From Bacillus infantis (lineage in GTDB: Bacteria; Bacillota; Bacilli; Bacillales; Cytobacillaceae): a stretch of DNA of 24,000 bases. Under the pieces are notes generated by a model. It was not told the origin of the DNA. It was given only the letters and a program-made list of their open reading frames with translations, and searched no databases. The position numbers and the translations under genes are program-made. Positions 7,255 through 14,789 of this stretch are shown here, in pieces. The stretch lies in contig NZ_JAIVAP010000003.1 in assembly GCF_020171945.1 (NCBI RefSeq), positions 119,412 through 143,411 on the forward strand, read 5' to 3'. The stretch's first letter is position 1. Every line of letters begins with the position of its first letter.

Positions 7255-7722
7255 TTGACACGAGAAGAAATTATAATGAAGGTTTCAGAAAAGCTCCGCC
7301 TCATTCGTACAGAGGCAGGCTACACCCAGGATAAGATGGCGGATATCATCGGAATCTCAAAAAAAACACTGGTTCAGATTGAAAAGGGCAGAGCTTATGC
7401 AGGCTGGTCTACAGTAGTGGCTGTCTGTGCCCTGTTCCGTGAAACTGAAACCGTGCAATTCCTGTTTGGGAACGAACCGCTTGAAGTGCTCGAAACCATC
7501 GCAAGGGAAGGTATTGATTATCGTAAAGAAAAGACCCTTGGAGGGAAAATATGGTGGAGAGAGGTCGAGAGAAAAGGAAGATATGTTCTACAGCAGAATA
7601 TCATCAGCCAGCATTTCCGGATAATAGATGAAGACCTGTACAGGATTTACAGCAGCTTTGATGAAGAGATATCAAAAGAACGTTTTTTCGAAATTGCGAG
7701 AGGGGCAGATGCGGACAAGTAA
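7255..7722 (+). CDS. XRE-family helix-turn-helix transcriptional regulator with an uncharacterised C-terminal domain
   Basis: HTH LRLIRTEAGYTQDKMADIIGISKKTLVQIEKG. The start is ambiguous. TTG 7255 has the best SD (GAAAAGGGTGG, 8-nt spacer). GTG 7243 (track) and ATG 7276 are alternatives. Confidence 0.8.
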   Translation: MTREEIIMKVSEKLRLIRTEAGYTQDKMADIIGISKKTLVQIEKGRAYAGWSTVVAVCALFRETETVQFLFGNEPLEVLETIAREGIDYRKEKTLGGKIWWREVERKGRYVLQQNIISQHFRIIDEDLYRIYSSFDEEISKERFFEIARGADADK

Positions 7723-7763
7723 GCTCGTGACCCGGGAGAGGATCTGTGCATGGAGAGAGAAAG

Positions 7764-7799
7764 AAAAACGCTAAGATACTGGGTATCTTAGCGTTTTTG
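7764..7799. terminator. Bidirectional intrinsic terminator between convergent genes
   Basis: AAAAACGCTAAGATAC-tgg-GTATCTTAGCGTTTTT, between the stops at 7722 and 7816. Confidence 0.85.
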
Positions 7800-7815
7800 T
7801 ATGAGCGTGGATTTA

Positions 7816-8340
7816 TTACTTTGCGATCAGCACAGGGCATGGCGCCTGTTTGGCGATATTGCTGCTGACGCTTCCCAGGAACATCTGCTTCAGCCCGCCT
7901 TTACCGGAGTTTCCGACAATGATCAGATCGGCTCCTTCTGCCGAGGCGTAATCACAGATGCTTTCTGCCGGGCTGCCGTCAAGTGAATCATATTTTACCT
8001 GGATATTATGGGGTTCAAGCTCCTGTTTGGCTTTATAGAATGCGTCATCCACACTGTTTGAGATAATGGCGTGTGTTGGAGGATTGGGGTCATCATGCCT
8101 GATTGACATAGGCGGAATCTGGATCCCTTCCAGCATATATCCGTTTGTTCTTACCGGCTCCACCATTTTTTCATTATCAGTCATGACGTTTTCTACCTTT
8201 TCATCATAGACATTTGCTACCAGTACATGTGCTTCCGGATTCCCTTTTGCCATCTGAACGGCGAGCTGGAGTGCCCTATTGCTGCCTTCTGTATCATCAT
8301 ATCCGACTACAATCCGATTGAACTGATTCATTGTCATCAT
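7816..8340 (-). CDS. Universal stress protein (UspA family)
   Basis: IVVGYDDTEGSNRALQLAV near the N-terminus and ADLIIVGNSGKGGLKQMFLGSVSSNIAKQAPCPVLI at the C-terminus. The start may be an internal ATG (8331), given SD spacing. Confidence 0.9.
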   Translation of the reverse strand: MMTMNQFNRIVVGYDDTEGSNRALQLAVQMAKGNPEAHVLVANVYDEKVENVMTDNEKMVEPVRTNGYMLEGIQIPPMSIRHDDPNPPTHAIISNSVDDAFYKAKQELEPHNIQVKYDSLDGSPAESICDYASAEGADLIIVGNSGKGGLKQMFLGSVSSNIAKQAPCPVLIAK

Positions 8341-8597
8341 CCTTTCTTAATAGGAGATTTGTGATTATTTTCTATTTACCCATATTTCCGATAAAAGAAT
8401 CCTGCCTGTTTTAGCTGCATCAAAATTTTGTACCCCTATAAAAGGGAGAAAACTTTCGGATTATATAAAAGTACCCAAACTGCAATTAAGGATAATTATG
8501 GTTTATATCCCATCATTTTAGAGTAAAAGTCTTTAAGAAAATTGTTTACAGTATGATAAGAAGTCACCAAGACAGTTTCAATAAAGGTTGTGATTAA

Positions 8598-10694
8598 ATG
8601 AGCAATACAAGAGAAGGCAGAAGTAAACAAAATCGTATTTATAGACTAAAACGTATTTTACAGATCGTCCTTTTATTTTTTTCTACATCGATCCTCGGCT
8701 TCCTTAGTTTCTTTTATTTTCAGGGCAAGGACGCGGATATCAGCAATCTGGAGGATGGGATGTCGCTGCCAACAGTCATCTACGATTACAGCGGGGAAGA
8801 GGCAAGCAAAATATCAGCAAGCAAAAATGAAGGCCTCCGTGCCGACCAGATGCCTGACAGCCTGAAAAATGCCGTAGTCGCAATCGAAGATAAAAGATTT
8901 TATGAGCACAGCGGCATCGACTACAAAGGGATTATGAGAGCGCTGTTCACTAATATCAAGGCTGGCGGTGTAGTCGAAGGCGGGAGCACCATTACACAGC
9001 AGCTGACGAAGAATGCACTGCTCACCCATGAAAAAACATACAAGCGGAAAATGGAAGAGTTTTTCCTGGCAAGGGAAATTGATAAGAAATATTCAAAGGA
9101 AGAAATCCTTCAGATGTATTTGAATCAGATTTATTTTGGAGAAGGGGCATGGGGCGTCAAAAATGCAGCCCTTAAATACTTTGGCAAAGATGCCGAAGAT
9201 CTGACCATAAGCGAGTCGGCCATTCTGGCGGGAATCATCAAGGCCCCTTCGGCCCTGAATCCAATCGGCCATCCCGAAGAGGCGGTAGAACGGAGGGATA
9301 CTGTCCTGCTGCAAATGAAGGAGCAGAATTATATTACTGCCAGTGAATATGAACAAGCCAAGGCAGAGCCGCTTGCTCTCAACGACAAGGGAGGCGATCC
9401 ATTGAAAGGGAAGTTTCCTTATTATGTCGATCATGTCCTGGATGAAGCAATCGAATTATATGGGCTGACACAGGACGAATTATTGACAGAGGGATACAGG
9501 ATCTATACTGAGCTTGATCCTGATATGCAGGCAGCAGCAGAAGAAATCTACCAAAGGGACGATCTTTTCCCGCAAGGAAAAGAGGACCAGATCGTTCAGA
9601 GCGGTGCTGTACTGGTGGATCCTGAATCAGGCGGTGTCCGGGCTTTGGTCGGCGGACGCGGCGAGCATGTCTTCAGGGGCTTTAACCGGGCCACCCAGCT
9701 GAAGCGCCAGCCAGGCTCAGCAATGAAGCCTTTGGCTGCCTATGCACCTGCCCTGGAAGAGGGCTGGAAGGCAACAGATGAGGTAAAAGATGAGAAAATG
9801 AGCTTTGGCGGCTATGAACCAGGCAACTACAATGGCCAGTACCGCGGGCAGGTGCCAATGTATGAGGCCGTCAAAGATTCGCTTAATCTTCCAGCGGTTT
9901 GGCTACTTAATGAAATCGGGATTGAAGCGGGTATTGAAGCATCCAAGCGGTTTGGAATTCCTCTGGAGGAGAGCGACAGAGACCTGGGGATTGCTCTTGG
10001 AGGATTGTCATCAGGTGTGTCACCGCTGGAAATGGCCGGCGCTTATGCGGCATTTGCCAATGATGGTGTAAGGGAAGAGGCCCATGCAATCATAAAGATT
10101 GAAGACGCTCAAGGAAATGTAGTGGCTGAACGGAAAGATAAGGCGGTGCAGGCAGTCTCTAAAGAATCTGCAGAACAGATGACAACCATGCTATTAGGGG
10201 TTGTCGAGCAGGGAACCGGGAAGGCCGCAGGCATACCTGGAAGAGAAACTGCAGGGAAGACTGGTTCGACTCAGGTGCCGATTGAAGGAATAGACGGCGT
10301 AAAGGATCAATGGTTCACCGGCTATACGCCTCAGCTTGCCGGTGCTGTATGGGTCGGTTATGACCATACAGATGAAAACCACTATTTAACAACAACAAGC
10401 AGTGAAGGCGCCGCCCCAATCTTCCGTGAGCTGATGGAGGCTGCCCTTGAAGGGAAAGATGCTGAATCATTCAATGTTCCGCATATATCTTATTATATTG
10501 AACAAAAAGAGAAAGAAGAAAGATGGAAGAGGGCCAGAGAATGGGAGGAGAACTTAAGGAAGGAAGCCGAGAAGTGGCAGGAAAAGCTGCGCGAAGAAAA
10601 AGGGAAATGGGAAGACCGCTTAAAGGGCAGGGATAAGGAAAAAGAGAAAGAGAAAGAGAAAGAAAAAAAGAAAGACAAAAAGCATGAAGAATAA
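8598..10694 (+). CDS. Class A penicillin-binding protein (glycosyltransferase GT51 + transpeptidase) with a K/E/W-rich C-terminal tail
   Basis: N-terminal TM anchor. GT51 motifs AIEDKRFYEHSGID, GGSTITQQL and RKMEE. Transpeptidase motifs SAMKP (SxxK) and KTGST. Low-complexity tail EKEKEKEKEKKKDKKHEE. Confidence 0.95.
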   Translation: MSNTREGRSKQNRIYRLKRILQIVLLFFSTSILGFLSFFYFQGKDADISNLEDGMSLPTVIYDYSGEEASKISASKNEGLRADQMPDSLKNAVVAIEDKRFYEHSGIDYKGIMRALFTNIKAGGVVEGGSTITQQLTKNALLTHEKTYKRKMEEFFLAREIDKKYSKEEILQMYLNQIYFGEGAWGVKNAALKYFGKDAEDLTISESAILAGIIKAPSALNPIGHPEEAVERRDTVLLQMKEQNYITASEYEQAKAEPLALNDKGGDPLKGKFPYYVDHVLDEAIELYGLTQDELLTEGYRIYTELDPDMQAAAEEIYQRDDLFPQGKEDQIVQSGAVLVDPESGGVRALVGGRGEHVFRGFNRATQLKRQPGSAMKPLAAYAPALEEGWKATDEVKDEKMSFGGYEPGNYNGQYRGQVPMYEAVKDSLNLPAVWLLNEIGIEAGIEASKRFGIPLEESDRDLGIALGGLSSGVSPLEMAGAYAAFANDGVREEAHAIIKIEDAQGNVVAERKDKAVQAVSKESAEQMTTMLLGVVEQGTGKAAGIPGRETAGKTGSTQVPIEGIDGVKDQWFTGYTPQLAGAVWVGYDHTDENHYLTTTSSEGAAPIFRELMEAALEGKDAESFNVPHISYYIEQKEKEERWKRAREWEENLRKEAEKWQEKLREEKGKWEDRLKGRDKEKEKEKEKEKKKDKKHEE

Positions 10695-10722
10695 AAAAAG
10701 AGCCGGAGGGCTCTTTTTTTTG
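10694..10722. terminator. Bidirectional intrinsic terminator
   Basis: AAAAAAAGAGCC-ggag-GGCTCTTTTTTTT, directly after the PBP stop and directly after the stop of the minus-strand mini-ORF. Confidence 0.8.
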
Positions 10723-10727
10723 CTGTC

Positions 10728-10799
10728 TTAGAACAGCCAGCTTACAAGTGCGCCAATTACAACGATGGCGCCGATTATCATAAGAATCGTCCGGATCAT
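10728..10799 (-). CDS. Candidate 23-aa hydrophobic membrane peptide
   Basis: My own translation is MIRTILMIIGAIVVIGALVSWLF*. An extended SD-like AGAAAGGCAGTGA lies 6 nt upstream. It sits 24 nt downstream of the HPr-like gene stop and directly before the terminator. It is not on the ORF track. Confidence 0.35.
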   Translation of the reverse strand: MIRTILMIIGAIVVIGALVSWLF

Positions 10800-10823
10800 T
10801 TGGGTTCACTGCCTTTCTGGGAA

Positions 10824-11135
10824 TTAAACGGTTTCTGTTAGTAACGGCTGTTCAGCTTTTTTGAGGGCTGATACACGATTTGCGCATGTTTCCTTGATTT
10901 TGGCGAGATGTTTCTTTGCCTGTACCCCTTCCACAATCACTTTAATGGATGTATTCGCTTTTTGGGTAAGCAGGAAGGAAACCAGCTTCGGCATATTGGA
11001 TGCATCCACAGACTTTTGATTGCAATAGATGATTGTGTTGCCTTTATATTGCTTAGCTGCCTGATAGATTTCAAGCATATCTTTCATTGTAAAATGGCTA
11101 TCGAGGTTAATGTTTGTTGAGATGATTTCTTTCAT
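10824..11135 (-). CDS. Divergent HPr-like domain protein (PTS phosphocarrier-like fold; function unknown)
   Basis: 103 aa. Aligned by eye to HPr: NLDSHFTMKD vs ADSGIHARPA, AAKQYKGNTIIYCNQKSVDASNM vs ASKYDADVNLEYNGKTVNLKSIM, then IKVIVEG vs ITISASG. His and Ser equivalents are present but the ARP motif is absent. Confidence 0.55.
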   Translation of the reverse strand: MKEIISTNINLDSHFTMKDMLEIYQAAKQYKGNTIIYCNQKSVDASNMPKLVSFLLTQKANTSIKVIVEGVQAKKHLAKIKETCANRVSALKKAEQPLLTETV

Positions 11136-11360
11136 GATGGTTCAGTTCTCCTTTATAGTATTATTTATAGTTTTTGTTTGTTTTCTTATCGTTTATTGTT
11201 ACTTGAGATTTACCCCGGACCCCGAAGTCTAAACATGTCAAAATGATGACAGAGCTTCTCTATTTTTCCAATAGAAGCTGCTGTATAAGGCATAAGGTTT
11301 GCCGGCTGGTAAAGATAGGATTAAGATAAATGCATAATCATTCTGAATAATGAGGCATTT

Positions 11361-12554
11361 ATGGCGGAGGGGGATAAGAGGTTGCTGACTCTGATTAGAA
11401 ACGGGAATGTATATGCACCTGATTATATAGGAAAGAAAGATATACTTCTTACAGGAAATAAAATTGGCTATATAAAGGATCATATCGATCTGCCTGAAGG
11501 CTTTGCAGAAATCAGGATAATAGAGGCAGAGGGGAAGCTGGTAGTACCCGGCTTCATTGATGCCCACGTCCATATCATTGGGGGAGGCGGCGAGGGCGGC
11601 TACCGGACAAGGACTCCTGAGCTGCAGCTGACCGATGCCACTCTGGCAGGCATTACCACCATTGTGGGCGTAATCGGAACAGATGCTACCACAAGGACGA
11701 TGCCCAGCCTGATTGCCAAGGCAAGGGCGCTGGAGGAAGAAGGAATCACCTGCTATGTGCAGACAGGCTCGTATCAGGTGCCGGTAAAGACACTCACAGG
11801 TAAAATTGAAGATGATATTATTCTGATTGATAAAATAATCGGGGCAGGGGAAATTGCCATCAGCGATCACCGTTCTTCCCAGCCTACCGTGGAGGAGCTC
11901 GCCAAAATAGCATCTGCAGCCCGGATAGGAGGAATGCTTTCTGGCAAAGCCGGGATCGTTAACATCCATGTCGGGGACAGCTATGACCACTTGAAGCTGA
12001 TCGAAGAAGTGGTGGAAAAGACTGATATTCCGCTCCGCCAGTTTTACCCGACTCATATCAACCGCAATCCCCATCTCTTTGAGGAGGGCCTCCGATATGC
12101 CAAAAGGGGAGGCTATGTTGATTTTACAACCAGCTCCATTCCAAAGTTCCAGGAGGAAGGGGAGGTTAAATGCAGCACAGGATTGAAAAGGATGCTTGAC
12201 GCAGGGGTCGGAATATCACAGATCACATTTACTTCTGACGCCCAGGGCAGCCTGCCGGATTTCAATGAGGCAGGAGAGCTGATTGGAATGAAGGTTGGTA
12301 AGGTATCCTCTTTATATAGTGAAGTCCGTGACAGCATCCTTCTCGAAGATATTCCGCTAGACCAGGCAATCAGGGTCATAACCAAAAACCCTGCTGATAT
12401 TTTAAAGCTGCCTCATAAAGGGGCGATTGAAGCAGGAAGGGATGCAGACCTGGTTATACTGGATCCGGACAATTATCAGATTGATATCGTCATAGCGATG
12501 GGCCGGACCATGGTGGAAGGCGGAAAAGCCATTGTGAAAGGGACTTTCGAATAA
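11361..12554 (+). CDS. iadA: Isoaspartyl dipeptidase (beta-aspartyl peptidase, amidohydrolase superfamily)
   Basis: PGFIDAHVHIIGGGGEGGYRTRTPE, GVIGTDATTRTMPSLIAKARALEEEGI and ISDHRSSQP closely follow the IadA signature as I recall it from E. coli. Confidence 0.9.
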   Translation: MAEGDKRLLTLIRNGNVYAPDYIGKKDILLTGNKIGYIKDHIDLPEGFAEIRIIEAEGKLVVPGFIDAHVHIIGGGGEGGYRTRTPELQLTDATLAGITTIVGVIGTDATTRTMPSLIAKARALEEEGITCYVQTGSYQVPVKTLTGKIEDDIILIDKIIGAGEIAISDHRSSQPTVEELAKIASAARIGGMLSGKAGIVNIHVGDSYDHLKLIEEVVEKTDIPLRQFYPTHINRNPHLFEEGLRYAKRGGYVDFTTSSIPKFQEEGEVKCSTGLKRMLDAGVGISQITFTSDAQGSLPDFNEAGELIGMKVGKVSSLYSEVRDSILLEDIPLDQAIRVITKNPADILKLPHKGAIEAGRDADLVILDPDNYQIDIVIAMGRTMVEGGKAIVKGTFE

Positions 12555-12559
12555 AAATA

Positions 12560-12600
12560 TGAGAGCAGACTGAGGATTTTCATTCAGTCTGCTCTTTCTG
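12560..12600 (+). terminator. Intrinsic terminator after iadA
   Basis: 12-bp stem AGAGCAGACTGA/TCAGTCTGCTCT (12562-12573 / 12584-12595), followed by a short T-rich tail. Confidence 0.7.
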
Positions 12601-12645
12601 CTGCAGGGTGTAAGAATAACTGGCCTTTTTTGAGAAACAATAGGT

Positions 12646-12667
12646 TTGTCACAATAGTTTGCGACAA
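12646..12667 (+). promoter_or_regulatory. Candidate MtlR operator upstream of the mtlA promoter
   Basis: Imperfect inverted repeat TTGTCACA-N6-TGCGACAA, 18 bp upstream of a possible -35 TTGAAC (12686-12691). It resembles the TTGNCACA/TGTGNCAA half-sites reported for B. subtilis PmtlA. That is recalled from the literature and the spacer length is uncertain. Confidence 0.4.
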
Positions 12668-12752
12668 AGTTAGTTTTCTTCTTTATTGAACCCTGCCCCC
12701 CTGTCATTTACCATAGATAAGTAAATACTACAGATAGAAGGGAAGAGTGCAA

Positions 12753-14693
12753 ATGGCTCAGCCTAATATAAAAATAGCTGTACAAAAATTCGGTAACTTC
12801 CTGAGCTCCATGGTTATGCCGAATATCGGTGCGTTTATCGCCTGGGGACTGATAACTGCACTATTCATACCATCAGGGTTCTGGCCAAATGAAAGCCTTG
12901 CCAAAATGGTCGACCCAATGATTACTTATCTTCTTCCGCTGCTGATTGGTTATACGGGCGGAAAACTGATCCATGACCAGCGCGGAGCTGTAGTCGGTGC
13001 CATTGCCACTATGGGTGTCATCGTCGGCTCTGATATTCCAATGTTCCTCGGTGCCATGATCGTCGGCCCGATCGCCGGTTATGCAATCAAGCTTTTTGAC
13101 AGAGCCATCGAAGGCAAAATCAAGGCCGGCTTTGAAATGCTTGTCAATAACTTCTCTGCCGGAATCATTGGCGGAGTGCTCGCGATTCTGGCATTTGCGG
13201 GTGTCGGGCCTGCAGTCGATGTATTCACAGGCTGGCTGGTCAGCGGGGTGGAGTGGCTTGTAGAAACAAATCTGCTGCCTTTAACAAGCATCCTGATTGA
13301 ACCTGCCAAAATTCTATTCCTTAACAATGCAATCAACCACGGAGTTCTCACTCCGATTGGAACGGAACAGATCAAGCAGACAGGCCAGTCTATCCTGCTT
13401 CTGCTGGAAGCCAATCCTGGACCTGGTATCGGTGTGCTTCTTGCCTACATCTTCTTTGGAAGAGGAAACGCAAAGCAATCTGCACCTGGAGCTGCACTTA
13501 TCCATTTCTTTGGGGGAATACATGAAATTTACTTCCCTTACATCCTGATGCGTCCGCTTTTATTCATCGCGGTCATCCTTGGCGGAATGAGCGGCGTGTT
13601 CACACTTGTCCTGCTTGGCGGCGGATTGTTCGCGCCAGCTTCACCGGGAAGCATCCTGGCAATCACGGCAGTGACGCCTCACCATGCGAGTGCCTATATT
13701 GCCAACTTTGCAGCTGTCCTTGTAGCCGGCGCTGTATCATTCATCGCTTCTGCCTTTATTTTAAAAACAGGCAAGCAGTCAGATGAAAATATAGAAGCTG
13801 CTGCACAAAAGATGCAGGAAATGAAAGGCAAGAAAAGCTCAGTTGCTTCTTCATTCACAGCAACAGAAGGCAAGCTTCCGGAACATGTGAGCAAAATTGT
13901 TTTCGCCTGTGATGCCGGAATGGGCTCAAGCGCCATGGGGGCTTCGCTTCTCCGTAAAAAGGTGAAGGCCGCTGGTCTTAATGATGTGAGTGTAACCAAT
14001 ACGGCAATCAGCAATATTCCTGCTGATGCACAGGTAGTCATTACACAGGAAGAATTGACGCCAAGGGCAAAAAATAAAATCCCTGGCGCCTATCATGTGT
14101 CAGTGGACAATTTCCTTTCAAGCCCTGAATACGATAATCTGATCAGCAAGCTGAAAGGTTCTGCAGAAGAAGAATTAATTGAGGTCGCTGAAGATGCGGA
14201 AGCGGAAGCAATGGGTGAATCACCTGCAGAAGAACGAAAGGATGCGCCTGCAGCTGAATCAGTGGAAAACAATGATCTGCTGCTTGAAAAATACGTATTC
14301 CTTAACCAGAAATTTAATAATAAAGATGAAGCCATCCGCTTTGCCGGAAGAGCGCTTGTCGACGGCGGCTATGTTCGTGAAAATTATATTGAAGCCATGA
14401 TCGAGCGCGATGAAATGACTTCAACTTATATGGGCAATGATGTTGCCATCCCTCACGGCACAGAGGCTGCTAAACAGGAAGTCATCAAATCCGGATTTAC
14501 GGTCATCCAGGTTCCGGAAGGAGTCGACTTTAACGGCGAAAAGGTCCGTTTGATCTTCGGTATTGCCGGTAAAGATGGCACCCATCTTGAGATATTGTCT
14601 TCCATTGCCGTCACTTGCTCGGAGATGGAAAACATCGAAAAAATGGTCCAGGCAAAAACAGCTAAAGAGTTAATGGATATCCTCAACGGGTAA
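12753..14693 (+). CDS. mtlA: PTS mannitol-specific transporter, fused EIICBA
   Basis: EIIC (VQKFGNFLSSMVMPNIGAFIAWG), EIIB with the active Cys (IVFACDAGMGSSAMGAS), an acidic linker, and EIIA-Mtl with the His site (DVAIPHGT). ATG 12753 has better SD spacing than the track start GTG 12747. Confidence 0.95.
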   Translation: MAQPNIKIAVQKFGNFLSSMVMPNIGAFIAWGLITALFIPSGFWPNESLAKMVDPMITYLLPLLIGYTGGKLIHDQRGAVVGAIATMGVIVGSDIPMFLGAMIVGPIAGYAIKLFDRAIEGKIKAGFEMLVNNFSAGIIGGVLAILAFAGVGPAVDVFTGWLVSGVEWLVETNLLPLTSILIEPAKILFLNNAINHGVLTPIGTEQIKQTGQSILLLLEANPGPGIGVLLAYIFFGRGNAKQSAPGAALIHFFGGIHEIYFPYILMRPLLFIAVILGGMSGVFTLVLLGGGLFAPASPGSILAITAVTPHHASAYIANFAAVLVAGAVSFIASAFILKTGKQSDENIEAAAQKMQEMKGKKSSVASSFTATEGKLPEHVSKIVFACDAGMGSSAMGASLLRKKVKAAGLNDVSVTNTAISNIPADAQVVITQEELTPRAKNKIPGAYHVSVDNFLSSPEYDNLISKLKGSAEEELIEVAEDAEAEAMGESPAEERKDAPAAESVENNDLLLEKYVFLNQKFNNKDEAIRFAGRALVDGGYVRENYIEAMIERDEMTSTYMGNDVAIPHGTEAAKQEVIKSGFTVIQVPEGVDFNGEKVRLIFGIAGKDGTHLEILSSIAVTCSEMENIEKMVQAKTAKELMDILNG

Positions 14694-14711
14694 GGACCGG
14701 TAAAGTCATGC

Positions 14712-14740
14712 AGAAAGGCACAGCTTGTGCCTTTTTGCGC
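14712..14740 (+). terminator. Intra-operon hairpin plus T-run between mtlA and mtlR (partial terminator/attenuator)
   Basis: AAAGGCAC-agctt-GTGCCTTTTT, then GCGCTTTTGTTTTTT, 20 nt after the mtlA stop. Confidence 0.65.
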
Positions 14741-14789
14741 TTTTGTTTTTTGGCAGAAAAGAATCTGGTTCCAGATAGGGCTGATATAG

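Noticed and set aside
10471-10809. Minus-strand ORFs 10471..10809 and 10493..10678
   Set aside because: They are antisense to the AAAGAG-rich PBP tail, and their Ser/Phe/Leu repeats are a low-complexity mirror image. The first also runs across the terminator.
11238-12074. 278-aa minus-strand ORF
   Set aside because: It is fully antisense to iadA, whose motifs are unambiguous. It has no SD and a Cys/His-rich, junk-like composition.
12600-12750. Catabolite-responsive element (cre) in the mtlA leader
   Set aside because: The candidates (TGTAAGAATAACTG, TGAACCCTGCCCCC) lack the central CG and the symmetric arms of the TGWAANCGNTNWCA-type consensus.
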